From Copranaerobaculum intestinale (GTDB taxonomy: Bacteria; Bacillota_I; Bacilli_A; Erysipelotrichales; Erysipelotrichaceae), in the NCBI RefSeq assembly GCF_009831105.1, contig NZ_WUUQ01000001.1, positions 630,001 to 662,000 of the forward strand: DNA of 32,000 nt. Reading direction: 5' to 3'. The notes below the pieces were generated by a model. The model was not told the DNA's origin. It worked only from the letters and a program-made list of their open reading frames with translations, and did no database searches. Positions 9,360 to 19,294 of the stretch are shown in pieces. The position numbers were made by a program, and so were the translations under genes. Within the stretch, counting starts at the first letter, position 1. Every line of letters begins with the position of its first letter.

Positions 9360-10736
9360 ATGCTTGATTATTTCACATATAACAATTTTATAGCACTCTT
9401 GCGGCTGTTAGCCGATATCGGCTGTGTTTGGGTCGTTATTTATTATTGTATCAAGATTGTTAAAAACAACTCTCGTACCATTCAGATTTTTAAGGGAATT
9501 CTGCTGATTTTTATCATCCATGCACTTGCGGTATTCTTGGGTCTGAAAACGGTGCGTTATATTTCAGATTTATTTGTTAAATGGGGGTTTCTGGCAATTA
9601 TCATCGTATTCCAGCCGGAAATTCGCGCGTTATTGGAGAAACTCGGTAAGACCAGTATTTTCTCTAAAATTACAACGCTTACGGTCAATGAACGGGAGAA
9701 ACTGGTTGATGAACTGGTAAAAGCGTGCTCTGAGATGTCAAAAAGTAAGACCGGTGCACTGATTTCTTTGGAACAGGGTCATTCCCTGGCCGATTATATT
9801 AAAACCGGTACTCCGATGAATTCCGTTGTCACCTCTGAACTGCTCTGTTCGATTTTTATGGTAGGTACTCCGCTCCACGATGGTGCTGTGATTATTCAGG
9901 GGGTTAAGATTGCCTGCGCGGCTGCTTATTTCCCGCCGACCACGATTGATTTTCCTTCCAGCTATGGTGCACGTCATCGGGCCGCGGTGGGAATTTCGGA
10001 AATAACCGATTCGGTAACGATCGTTGTTTCGGAAGAAACCGGTAATATCTCTATTGCCGAAGGCGGTAAGCTGACCGTAGTAAGTGAAAAGAGCCTGCGT
10101 GAATATCTGCTGATGGTAATCTGTCAAACACAGAATGAAATAGTTTCTCATAAGATTAAACGGGAAAGCGATTTAGAAAATCCGAATAATCTGCTGATCG
10201 ATACCGATTCACCGGATCATAAAGCGAATTCCTTTATTGCTCATTTCCGCGGTAAAAACAAAAAGGATAAACCAAATGAAGCAGTAAAAAATTCTCGGTT
10301 CAAACGGACGAAAAAGACGGTGGATGCGCCGGAGCCGGAGCCGATTTTGGATCAGGCAGCGGCAGCAGAGCCGCGGACAGAGGATAAACTGGAATCTATG
10401 TTTGAAGAGGTTGTAAAGGATGCAGAGGAAACGATGCAGGAGCTTCCAAAAGCTGAAGCAAATCCTGATACTGAACAACCAAATATGAAAAAAGCCGCAG
10501 CGAAAAAAGCGGATTCAGATAAAGCAGAAGCGAAACCGGCGAAAAAACGGGCTGCTGGAACGAAGAAAACCGCTGCAGCGAAAAAAACAAAAACAGTGAA
10601 GAAAAAAACGGATCAGCTGGATATGGATGAGATGATCGAAGCAGAGACGATTTCATATAAGACGTCTAAAACTGCGAAAAAGAAAACACCGAAGAAAAAA
10701 GCTGAAAAAGATAATTCCGAAGGGAGTGAATCCTGA
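9360..10736 (+). CDS. cdaA: diadenylate cyclase CdaA (DisA_N/DAC domain) with a ~190-aa Lys/Ala/Glu-rich C-terminal extension
   Basis: Three N-terminal TM helices, then DAC motifs GALISLEQG, GTPLHDGAVII and RHRAAVGISE..DSVTIVVSEETG. AAAGGAG RBS at 9345-9351. First gene of the conserved cdaA-cdaR-glmM order. Confidence 0.9.
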   Translation: MLDYFTYNNFIALLRLLADIGCVWVVIYYCIKIVKNNSRTIQIFKGILLIFIIHALAVFLGLKTVRYISDLFVKWGFLAIIIVFQPEIRALLEKLGKTSIFSKITTLTVNEREKLVDELVKACSEMSKSKTGALISLEQGHSLADYIKTGTPMNSVVTSELLCSIFMVGTPLHDGAVIIQGVKIACAAAYFPPTTIDFPSSYGARHRAAVGISEITDSVTIVVSEETGNISIAEGGKLTVVSEKSLREYLLMVICQTQNEIVSHKIKRESDLENPNNLLIDTDSPDHKANSFIAHFRGKNKKDKPNEAVKNSRFKRTKKTVDAPEPEPILDQAAAAEPRTEDKLESMFEEVVKDAEETMQELPKAEANPDTEQPNMKKAAAKKADSDKAEAKPAKKRAAGTKKTAAAKKTKTVKKKTDQLDMDEMIEAETISYKTSKTAKKKTPKKKAEKDNSEGSES

Positions 10737-12109
10737 TGGCAAGAAAGAAAAAGACCGAGCTGAGCCGGGAAGGGAAAACTGAACTGGCTAAGTCAATCGC
10801 AGAAAAAGGACAAAAATTCACTCGAACCTATGCCAATGTGGAAAATACGGTTGCGAAATTCTTCCGCTGGATATCCACTTGGGTCGATAAAATATTATTT
10901 AATCAGAAGCATGGTAAAGCAGTTGCGCTGGTTTTAGCGGTGCTGCTGTATATGGTGGTAAATGCCGGTGATGATTCCAGCAATATCTTTGCGACCAATA
11001 AGAGCACTACGACCATTGATAATATTCCGGTATCGACAGTGGTTAGTAATGAGGTATATGAAGTGAGCGGACTGCCGGAATCGGTCAGTGCGGTAGTAGT
11101 CGGTGAATTAAGCGATATTCAGCTGCTGAACTCACAGAAAAACTTTCAGGTCGTGGCTGATTTGAGTGAATTTACCGAAGGAACCCATGAGGTAACCTTA
11201 AAGCCGGTGAACTTTTCACCGCGGGTAAAAGTAACATTGAATCCGAGTACCGCAATGGTAACGATCAAGCGAAAGACCAGCAAGGTATTTACTCTGGGCT
11301 ATGATTTCGTCAATACGGATAAGATGGATAAAATATACTCATTGGGCAAGCCGGAATTTGAACAGGGTGAAGTCATTGTGCACGCCTCACAGGAAACGGT
11401 TGATAAAATCGCATTTGTGAAAGCGCTGATTGATGTATCCGGAGTTACGAAAACGTTTGAGACAGAAGCGGAAATTGTAGCTTATGATCAGAATGGAAAC
11501 CGTATCGATGTCGATATCCTGCCAAGCAAAATGAAGGCCAAAGTAGAAGTTACCACACCAACCAAGGATGTGCCGATCACAGTAGTTCCGGTTGGCAAGG
11601 TTCCAAATGGGAAAGCGATAGAATCCTATACGCTGGATCATGATTCAGTTACCCTGTACGGTCCAAAAGAAGTGCTGGATGAGATTTCCGAGCTGCAGAT
11701 ACAACTGCCGGCCAGCACGTTGAACGGTGATAAGACCGTACCGATGCCGATCATTTTGCCAACCGGCGTCACCAAAGCTTCCATTCAGCGAGTGAACATC
11801 GAAGTGAAGCTGGCAGATCGAGAGGAAACCACGATTAAGAATATTCCGATCGCCTTCAAAAATAACAAGAAGGGATTCCAGGTCGCTACGGAAAACAAGG
11901 AAGATGCTTATGCGGATGTTATCGTGTCCGGGGCGAAAAAAGTGCTTGATAAGTTAAAAGCAGAGGATATCAGCGTTTATTTTGATTTAAGTAAAGTTAC
12001 CCAGCCGGGAACGCAGGAAGTTCCGCTGCTCGTCTCGGGTAAAAATAAATTAGTAAGCTATTCGTTATCAAAATCAAGCATCAAGATTAAACTGGTATTA
12101 CCTGACTAG
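10736..12109 (+). CDS. cdaR: CdaR, YbbR-domain regulator of CdaA
   Basis: One TM helix followed by repeated YbbR-like beta modules. Its position between cdaA and glmM fits. Its start overlaps the cdaA stop (TGATG). Confidence 0.85.
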   Translation: MARKKKTELSREGKTELAKSIAEKGQKFTRTYANVENTVAKFFRWISTWVDKILFNQKHGKAVALVLAVLLYMVVNAGDDSSNIFATNKSTTTIDNIPVSTVVSNEVYEVSGLPESVSAVVVGELSDIQLLNSQKNFQVVADLSEFTEGTHEVTLKPVNFSPRVKVTLNPSTAMVTIKRKTSKVFTLGYDFVNTDKMDKIYSLGKPEFEQGEVIVHASQETVDKIAFVKALIDVSGVTKTFETEAEIVAYDQNGNRIDVDILPSKMKAKVEVTTPTKDVPITVVPVGKVPNGKAIESYTLDHDSVTLYGPKEVLDEISELQIQLPASTLNGDKTVPMPIILPTGVTKASIQRVNIEVKLADREETTIKNIPIAFKNNKKGFQVATENKEDAYADVIVSGAKKVLDKLKAEDISVYFDLSKVTQPGTQEVPLLVSGKNKLVSYSLSKSSIKIKLVLPD

Positions 12110-12126
12110 TAAAGGAGACTGACAAT

Positions 12127-13461
12127 ATGGGTAAATATTTTGGTACAGACGGCGTGCGCGGCAGAGCGAATGACAATTTAACGCTGGATATGGCGGTTGC
12201 CATCGGAAAGTATATCGGAAGTTATTTCGGACAGGATCGTCATGCCCGCATCCTGATCGGAAAGGATACGCGTCTTTCCGGCAGTATGTTTGAAATGGGG
12301 CTGGCAGCCGGTGCTACTTCTGCCGGCGCAAATGTCTATCTGCTGGGTGTATGTCCTACTCCGAGTATTTCATATTTGGTACAAAAAGAACGCTTTGACT
12401 GCGGAGTAATGATTTCCGCCAGTCATAATCCGTACTATGACAACGGAATTAAGCTTTTCAACCATGAAGGCAAGAAAATGCCGGAAGAAATACTGCTGGG
12501 AATCGAATCCTATATGGATGGTGAAGGCGATGTGGAACTGGCGATCAATGATGCGCTCGGTTCAGTGATTCGTTGGGAAGACGGCTTGGAGCTGTATATC
12601 AGTTATTTAAAAGCGTGTGTCGATATAGATTTATCCGGCATGAATATCGCATTGGATCTTTCGAATGGTTCAGCGACTGCTACTGCGGTTGAAACATTGA
12701 AGGATCTGGGGGCAAATCTGAAAGTGATCCACGCACAGCCGGATGGTGTCAATATCAATACCGACTGCGGATCTACGCATCCAGAGAGTTTACAGGAGCT
12801 GATGTGCAGCGGACATTATGATGCGGGTTTTGCCTTTGACGGTGATGCAGATCGTTTAATTGCCGTAAATGAGAATGGAGAATTGATCACCGGCGATCAT
12901 ACTCTGTATATCTGCGGCTGCCACATGCATAAAAACGGCACCCTAAAGGATAATAAGGTCGTGACGACAGTTATGTCCAACCTGGGATTATACCGTGCCT
13001 TCGATCGTGCTTCAATCAGTTATGAGCAAACGGCAGTCGGTGATAAATATGTGTATGAGTGCATGGAGAAGAATGACTATTCTATCGGCGGTGAACAATC
13101 AGGACATGTGATTTTCAACGCCTATGAAAATACCGGTGATGGTTTATTTACGGCATTGATGCTTTTAAAAGTAATGCGGGAAACCGGTAAGAAATTAAGT
13201 GAATTAACAGAAGATCTGTTTATCTATCCTCAATTGCTGATCAATGTTAAAGTAAATGATAAGCATCGTGCGCTGGAAAACGAAGAATTATTGGAACAGG
13301 TTGATCTGGTAAGCAAGGAACTGGGTGACGAAGGCCGTATTTTGGTGCGTCCAAGCGGTACAGAGCCATTGGTTCGGGTCATGGTCGAAGCCAAGACAGA
13401 TGAATTGTGTGATTTATATGTAAACCGTGTAGTAAATTTTATAAAAACAAAGGGACTTTAA
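12127..13461 (+). CDS. glmM: phosphoglucosamine mutase
   Basis: MGKYFGTDGVRG, active-site SASHNPYYDNGIK, GDGDADR-like FDGDADR, and GGEQSGH. Confidence 0.95.
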   Translation: MGKYFGTDGVRGRANDNLTLDMAVAIGKYIGSYFGQDRHARILIGKDTRLSGSMFEMGLAAGATSAGANVYLLGVCPTPSISYLVQKERFDCGVMISASHNPYYDNGIKLFNHEGKKMPEEILLGIESYMDGEGDVELAINDALGSVIRWEDGLELYISYLKACVDIDLSGMNIALDLSNGSATATAVETLKDLGANLKVIHAQPDGVNINTDCGSTHPESLQELMCSGHYDAGFAFDGDADRLIAVNENGELITGDHTLYICGCHMHKNGTLKDNKVVTTVMSNLGLYRAFDRASISYEQTAVGDKYVYECMEKNDYSIGGEQSGHVIFNAYENTGDGLFTALMLLKVMRETGKKLSELTEDLFIYPQLLINVKVNDKHRALENEELLEQVDLVSKELGDEGRILVRPSGTEPLVRVMVEAKTDELCDLYVNRVVNFIKTKGL

Positions 13462-13516
13462 GAAAGTCCTTTTTTTTTCAAATCATTTGGGCTAAAATAA
13501 GCATAGAGGTGAGCTT

Positions 13517-14176
13517 ATGAAAAAAGTTATCTGCGTTGTAGAAGATGAAAAGAACCTGAATGATCTAGTCAGTCAGTATTTAAGAAAAGAGGGTTATGAG
13601 GTTCGTTCCTACTATACGTATGAAGAAGCCAACGCCCATGTTACAGATGATGATGTGCATCTGTGGATTTTGGATATCATGCTGGATGATAAAAGCGGCT
13701 TTGATCTGATCGAAGCAATTAAATATTCGGGTAAAGAGATTCCGGTTATCTTTATGTCTGCCCGGGATAAAGAATTTGATCGCATCATTGGTCTGGAAAA
13801 GGGCAGTGATGACTATATCACCAAACCGTTTTCGCCAAAGGAATTGGTACTGCGGGTAAACAATGTTATGAAGCGTACGTATAAAACGGAAAATAAGCGG
13901 GTTCTGATCGATGGTTATGAACTGGATGAAGAACAGCGCAAAATTTTTGATAACAATGCGGAAATTGATTTAACGACGAAAGAATTTGATTTGTTGATGA
14001 TGTTTATCAAAAATAAAGGAATTGCCTTCAGTCGTGAAAAGATTTTGGAGAATGTCTGGGAAGAGAACTATTTCGGCAGTGACCGCGTTGTGGACGATAC
14101 ACTCAGAAGACTGCGTAAGAAGCTTCCTAAACTGAATATTCATACGATTTACGGTTACGGATACCGTTTAGGATAA
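13517..14176 (+). CDS. OmpR/PhoB-family response regulator
   Basis: Receiver domain (VEDE...ILDIMLDD...KPF) plus a winged-helix output (LTTKEFDLLMMF...YGYGYRL). Confidence 0.9.
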   Translation: MKKVICVVEDEKNLNDLVSQYLRKEGYEVRSYYTYEEANAHVTDDDVHLWILDIMLDDKSGFDLIEAIKYSGKEIPVIFMSARDKEFDRIIGLEKGSDDYITKPFSPKELVLRVNNVMKRTYKTENKRVLIDGYELDEEQRKIFDNNAEIDLTTKEFDLLMMFIKNKGIAFSREKILENVWEENYFGSDRVVDDTLRRLRKKLPKLNIHTIYGYGYRLG

Positions 14177-15537
14177 TGCGTAAATTTCAAACATGGGTAA
14201 AACAGCTGTCTTTATCCCAGCAGCTGTTTGCCCTTATTTTCTTCTTTGTGACATTCTTCTGTGTGTTTTTCTTTGTGTATTTGAATGGCAATATCAATAA
14301 AGTAATTGAATCACAGATGTTTTCAACGATTGATCGCACGCAGAAAGAGATAATTTCACGGCTGAAAGATGAGCAGCTCGCGGTCAATGACCTGGATCGG
14401 CTCATTCAGGATCCTTATCTTTCACATATGATCATTGTACAAACGGACAAGCAGATCAATTCCATTATTGACCGCAGCGACCGTAAGCTGCAGTTAGATA
14501 CGGGATTATCAAAGGACATTATTACAAAAGTAAAGGAAATGAAGGGTGACAGCCAAGAGTTTTCCTATCATGGTAACAGTGTCACAACGTATTATAAAGC
14601 GGTGAAGGTGTTCAGCTCAAAGGGGCAGTCGCTTACCTTGGTAACAGCGATTGATTCAGCCTACATGGAAGGCTTCCGAACAACACTTGTAAGCAGTGTA
14701 ATCAACGTTACCGTAGTGGTAGTCGGACTGTTTTTTATCATTTTGATGGTATGGATGGCAACCATGATTCATCCCTTGAATCAGATCCGAAATTACATAG
14801 AAAAGATCAAGACCGGAGAAGATGCGGACTTGAAAATTACACGGCGGGACGAGATCGGCGAGCTGGCTGATGCGCTGATGAGCATGCGTCAGGAACTAAA
14901 ACGTCAAGAAAAAACCAAGGAAGAAATGATTCACAATATATCTCACGATCTGAAAACGCCGATCGCTACGATCAAATCATATGGAGAAAGCATCAAGGAC
15001 GGTATTTATCCGTATGATACGCTGGAAAAGAGCGTTGATGTTATCATCGACAATGCAGATCGTCTGGAAAAGAAAGTACATTCCTTACTGTTTTTGAATC
15101 GCGTTGAATATCTGATATCGCAGGATAATAACGGAGCGATTACCGACATGCATCAGGTCATTGAAACCGTAGTGCTGGCTACGAAGGCAATCCGCTCTGA
15201 TATTGATATCATTACTGAGCTCGATGATGATATTTTCTTTGAAGGCCTAGAGGAATCCTGGCGGGTAACCGTTGAAAATATATTGGAAAATGCACTGCGC
15301 TATGCGAAAACGAATATAACGATACGGCTTCACGAATCGGAATTAACGATCAGCAATGATGGTCCTTCCATGAGTGATGATCGTTTAAAGGTACTGTTTA
15401 AGCCATATGAAAAAGGGCAAGGCGGACAGTTTGGTCTGGGCTTATCCATCGTAGCGAAGGTCGTTCATGCCAATGGCTTTGAGGTAGCAGGTGAAAATAC
15501 CAGCGATGGTGTGATTTTCAGGATCTATAAAAAATAA
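14176..15537 (+). CDS. sensor histidine kinase (2 TM, HAMP, HisKA, HATPase_c)
   Basis: H-box HNISHDLKTPIATIKSY, an N-box (ENALRYA) and a G-box (GLGLSIV). The start overlaps the regulator stop (TAATG). Confidence 0.9.
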   Translation: MRKFQTWVKQLSLSQQLFALIFFFVTFFCVFFFVYLNGNINKVIESQMFSTIDRTQKEIISRLKDEQLAVNDLDRLIQDPYLSHMIIVQTDKQINSIIDRSDRKLQLDTGLSKDIITKVKEMKGDSQEFSYHGNSVTTYYKAVKVFSSKGQSLTLVTAIDSAYMEGFRTTLVSSVINVTVVVVGLFFIILMVWMATMIHPLNQIRNYIEKIKTGEDADLKITRRDEIGELADALMSMRQELKRQEKTKEEMIHNISHDLKTPIATIKSYGESIKDGIYPYDTLEKSVDVIIDNADRLEKKVHSLLFLNRVEYLISQDNNGAITDMHQVIETVVLATKAIRSDIDIITELDDDIFFEGLEESWRVTVENILENALRYAKTNITIRLHESELTISNDGPSMSDDRLKVLFKPYEKGQGGQFGLGLSIVAKVVHANGFEVAGENTSDGVIFRIYKK

Positions 15538-15646
15538 ACAGATGAAAGCACAATGCCATTTTGTTAAGACATTGGGTGAACATCTGTTTTTCTTTATGTC
15601 TAAAAGCTTACATTTCTACATATACATGATATGTAGGAGGATTTCT

Positions 15647-16378
15647 ATGCTTATAACGGTAAAGGGACAAACTGTCAATGTGGAGACGGCAGGAAGCGGA
15701 CAGAGTGTTGTACTGCTTCATGGATGGGGTCAGAATATGGAAATGATGCGGCCCATTTTTGATCATATGAAAGAATGGTTTCAAGTGATTATGATGGATC
15801 TTCCCGGTTTTGGGGAAAGTGAGGAACCGGATACCGCATGGTCGATACAGGATTATGCGGATTTTTTATCGGAAGTTTTGGATGTATATGAAGCAGAGAA
15901 TCCGATTTTAATCGCTCATTCATTTGGAGTCAGGATCGCTTTTCGCTACGCGCTCAATCATTCTGTGCATAAGATGATATTAACTGGTGCAGCAGGTATT
16001 CGTCCGCATCACAGCATGGAGTATTATGGAAAGGTATATTGGTATAAAATAAAAAAACATCTGGGTCTTATTAAGGGAAACGAGGGAAGCCGAGATTTTC
16101 AAGATGCCTCATCAATCATGCGGCAGATTCTTGTAAAATGTGTCAATGAGGATATTACTCCGATGTTATCCTCGATTCACACAGAAACTTTATTGGTATG
16201 GGGCACGCTGGATGAACAGACACCGCTCTGGATGGGAAAAAAGCTTGCGAAAAAGATGCCGAATGCGGCGCTGGCCATTTTCGATGGGGATGATCATTTT
16301 GCATACTTTCATCAAATGAACCGTTTCCTGAGGGTATTGGATTGTTTTCTGGTAAGGGAGCGTACGGATTATGAGTAA
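15647..16378 (+). CDS. alpha/beta-fold hydrolase
   Basis: HGWGQN oxyanion region, nucleophile elbow AHSFG, and a C-terminal DDH. An AGGAGG RBS at 15635-15640 supports the ATG at 15647 rather than the track start at 15542. Confidence 0.8.
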   Translation: MLITVKGQTVNVETAGSGQSVVLLHGWGQNMEMMRPIFDHMKEWFQVIMMDLPGFGESEEPDTAWSIQDYADFLSEVLDVYEAENPILIAHSFGVRIAFRYALNHSVHKMILTGAAGIRPHHSMEYYGKVYWYKIKKHLGLIKGNEGSRDFQDASSIMRQILVKCVNEDITPMLSSIHTETLLVWGTLDEQTPLWMGKKLAKKMPNAALAIFDGDDHFAYFHQMNRFLRVLDCFLVRERTDYE

Positions 16379-17945
16379 GGTGATTTTGTTTGTAAGCATC
16401 TATTGCTTTGAATTGGTTTCCATCAAGCACGCGCTGCATATTCTTCAGCAAAATCGCTATAATTTAAGACGTTATATAGACTGGTGCGCAAAGCGCATAA
16501 AATCATCGAACGTATCATTTGCTTTGATGATCTGGTTTATTCCTTGTCTGGGTATTGCCATGATGAATCGAACATCTATTATGATGACCTTAATGACCTT
16601 GCTGATGCTGGTTTACAGCTATGTGCTGTATCAGGCAGACCATCGCCATACCGCGATTCTGCCGTTGGTATGGACAGCACGAATAAAACGATTGTCGCTT
16701 ATGATGAGCCTGCTTACATGGGGCTGGCTGTACTTGCTTTACCGATTGCTCGGTATTCGAGCCTTCATCTGTCTTGCCTGTTTGCAGTTCTTCTCGCCAT
16801 GGCTTTTGATTCTGCCCTCCCAATGGCTGATGATGCCGATTGAACAGGGTATCCGCAAGTGGTATGTCCGTGATGCCAAACGAATCATGCAAAAATATTC
16901 AAATCAGATGCGCATCGGCATCACCGGCAGCTATGGCAAAACATCAGTGAAAAATATTATGTATCATGTATTGAGTGAACAATTCTATTGTTTTAAAACA
17001 CCAAAGTCCTATAACAACCTTATGGGTATTACCCGATCGATCCGAGAACAGCTCAAGCCGGTTCATCAGGCCTTTATCTGTGAAATGGGAGCTGATCATA
17101 TTCATGAGATAACAAGGCTGGCAGAATTTGTGAAGCCGCGCATCGGTGTAGTCAGTGCGGTGGGGCCTCAACATCTTCAGACATTTCATTCGATTGATAA
17201 TATCTTACAGGAGAAAATGCAGCTGATTGAACATCTTCCCAAAGACGGTCTGGGTGTAATCAATATGGATAATGATTATATCCGAAATTATGAAATTAAG
17301 AATACCTGTAAAATTATTCGCTATGGTATTCATCAAAAGGATGCAGATCTGCGGGCTTATAATATTATAAGCGATGCCGGGGGAACCACCTTTCAGGTAG
17401 ATGCAAGCGGGGAGTCCTATACCTTTCACACAATCTTACTGGGAGAACATAATGTTCTTAATATCTTGGCTTCACTGGCGGTCGGCTGGTATATGAATAT
17501 TCCGTGGAAGGCGATGCAGCAAGCGGTGGAACGCGTACCGTTCATCGAACATCGATTAGAGCTGAATCATCAATATCCGTTTACGATGATTGACAATTCT
17601 TATAATTCCAACCCAGTTTCTGCACGTCTGGCACTTGGTGTATTGGCGCAGATGCCCGGGAGGCATATTCTGATAACGCCTGGTTTTATCGACTTGGGAA
17701 GTGTGGAAAATGAAGAAAACCGACAATTTGGCGAGGTGATACCGCAGTATGCGGATGAGGTCATTTTGGTCGGTGAACAGCAAACGCGCTATATCTATAA
17801 GGGGCTGCTTCGAACGGAGATGGATCAAAGCAGAATACATGTTGTCAAAATGACAAAGGATGCGCTTGCCTTATGCCGAAAGATCGCTGCACCCAGTGAT
17901 ACCGTTTTGATTGAGAATGATCTGCCGGACGCCTTTAATCATTAA
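16371..17945 (+). CDS. murF: MurF-type Mur ligase (UDP-MurNAc-tripeptide--D-Ala-D-Ala ligase) with a polytopic membrane N-terminal region
   Basis: P-loop GITGSYGKTS and the MurF-typical DNSYNSNP motif, with ddl immediately downstream. The first ~175 aa are strongly hydrophobic (4-5 predicted TM helices) instead of the soluble MurF N-domain. Confidence 0.8.
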   Translation: MSKVILFVSIYCFELVSIKHALHILQQNRYNLRRYIDWCAKRIKSSNVSFALMIWFIPCLGIAMMNRTSIMMTLMTLLMLVYSYVLYQADHRHTAILPLVWTARIKRLSLMMSLLTWGWLYLLYRLLGIRAFICLACLQFFSPWLLILPSQWLMMPIEQGIRKWYVRDAKRIMQKYSNQMRIGITGSYGKTSVKNIMYHVLSEQFYCFKTPKSYNNLMGITRSIREQLKPVHQAFICEMGADHIHEITRLAEFVKPRIGVVSAVGPQHLQTFHSIDNILQEKMQLIEHLPKDGLGVINMDNDYIRNYEIKNTCKIIRYGIHQKDADLRAYNIISDAGGTTFQVDASGESYTFHTILLGEHNVLNILASLAVGWYMNIPWKAMQQAVERVPFIEHRLELNHQYPFTMIDNSYNSNPVSARLALGVLAQMPGRHILITPGFIDLGSVENEENRQFGEVIPQYADEVILVGEQQTRYIYKGLLRTEMDQSRIHVVKMTKDALALCRKIAAPSDTVLIENDLPDAFNH

Positions 17946-18001
17946 CATAAATATCCTAGGCGCATACACTAAAATGAAACATGCGTAAAGGAGCGGGTTT
18001 A

Positions 18002-19162
18002 ATGAAAATTCGTGTAGCAGTTATTTTTGGAGGACGATCCGTTGAACATGAAATCAGTATTTTGTCAGCACAGCAGGTCATGTTGGCCTTAGATCCCTCA
18101 AAATATGAAATAGTACCGCTTTATATTGCCAAAAGCGGCTTGATGTACAGTGATCGCAGCCTTTGTGAGTTGAATACCTTTAAGGATATGGAGAAGCTTG
18201 ATCATGATCTCGATCCGGTGCAGCTGATTCGAAACGGCAGTCAATATGAAATACGCTTCATTCGCCGCACATGGAAACATAAAGCAATACCGGTCGATCT
18301 GGCATTTCCGGTAATTCACGGCACCAACGGGGAGGATGGAACCCTGCAGGGTTATCTGGAGCTATTGGGTATACCATATTGTGGATGTCGGGTGCTGGGA
18401 GCGGCGATCGGCCAGGATAAAACGATCATGAAACAAATTCTTGATCGGCAGAATATCCCAACTCCACCGTGGTTCTATGTGACTGCCTATGAATTGTTGG
18501 ATGATAATATTTTGAAGAAATGCAATGAATTGGGATATCCACTGATTCTAAAGCCGGCTTGTCTGGGAAGCTCAGTAGGCATTCAGATCGTCAAAGAGGA
18601 AAAAAACATGCTTTCTGCCCTGCGCCAGGTATTCCAATATGATGAAAAAGCAGTTGTGGAAAAACTGATTGAGCCGATGCGGGAAGTAAACTGTTCGGTA
18701 TTGGGAGACCTTTCTAGGGCAGAGTCATCAGAAATTGAAGAAGTGATGAAATCCAGTGAGATTTTGAGTTATCAGGATAAATATGAAGGAGAATCAAAAA
18801 GTAAGGGCATGGCAAGCGCCGCGCGTAAAATGCCTGCGGATCTTCCTAAGGATATGTATGAGGAAGTAAAACGACTGGCATTAAAAACCTTTCATGCCCT
18901 TCATGCATCCGGTGTATGCCGCATTGATTTTCTGATTGATGATGTAAATGATCAAGTATATGTCAATGAGATCAATACCATCCCCGGTTCGCTGTCCTTT
19001 TATTTATGGGAAGCAATAGGTATTGGTTTTAGAGAACTGCTTGATAAAATCATTCAGCTGGCTTTTGATCATATGCGGCGAAGTGAACAGCGCATTTACT
19101 CCTATGATACAAATCTGTTGGCGAATTATCATGAAGGTGGATTAAAAGGAATCAAGAAATAA
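18002..19162 (+). CDS. ddl: D-alanine--D-alanine ligase
   Basis: MKIRVAVIFGGRSVEHEISILSA, ATP-grasp motifs, and EINTIPG. The omega-loop region keeps a KY (SYQDKY), consistent with D-Ala-D-Ala specificity. The AAAGGAG RBS favours the ATG at 18002. Confidence 0.9.
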   Translation: MKIRVAVIFGGRSVEHEISILSAQQVMLALDPSKYEIVPLYIAKSGLMYSDRSLCELNTFKDMEKLDHDLDPVQLIRNGSQYEIRFIRRTWKHKAIPVDLAFPVIHGTNGEDGTLQGYLELLGIPYCGCRVLGAAIGQDKTIMKQILDRQNIPTPPWFYVTAYELLDDNILKKCNELGYPLILKPACLGSSVGIQIVKEEKNMLSALRQVFQYDEKAVVEKLIEPMREVNCSVLGDLSRAESSEIEEVMKSSEILSYQDKYEGESKSKGMASAARKMPADLPKDMYEEVKRLALKTFHALHASGVCRIDFLIDDVNDQVYVNEINTIPGSLSFYLWEAIGIGFRELLDKIIQLAFDHMRRSEQRIYSYDTNLLANYHEGGLKGIKK

Positions 19163-19294
19163 TTGTAAAAATCCTATTATCAAAAATGGTATGAATATGT
19201 AATCGTTTTGTTGGCTGATCAACTTTCCGAGTTCATTTTTATCATAATGATAACAGGATTTTTTTAGTAAAGAATACCGCATTACAGCATTTAG

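Noticed and set aside
9738-10656. Minus-strand ORFs 9738-10151, 10209-10478 and 10396-10656 opposite cdaA.
   Set aside because: They are antisense to a strongly supported gene, and their translations are Arg/Phe/Leu-rich mirror images with no start context.
16484-16892. ORFs 16484-16843 (+) and 16590-16892 (-) within the murF 5' region, which could mean the membrane N-terminus is a separate gene.
   Set aside because: The 16371 frame is continuous from the hydrophobic region into the Mur-ligase P-loop without a stop, and it is coupled to the upstream gene. The alternative frames lack an RBS. The possibility of an internal murF start is kept as a refutation test in the finding.
13517-19162. 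Possible vancomycin-resistance-like cluster (two-component system + hydrolase + murF + ddl).
   Set aside because: No vanH-like dehydrogenase or vanX/vanY peptidase is present. The Ddl omega-loop keeps the KY typical of D-Ala-D-Ala ligases. A large-loop hairpin with a T-run separates the kinase from the hydrolase gene. This looks like ordinary cell-wall housekeeping next to an unrelated TCS.
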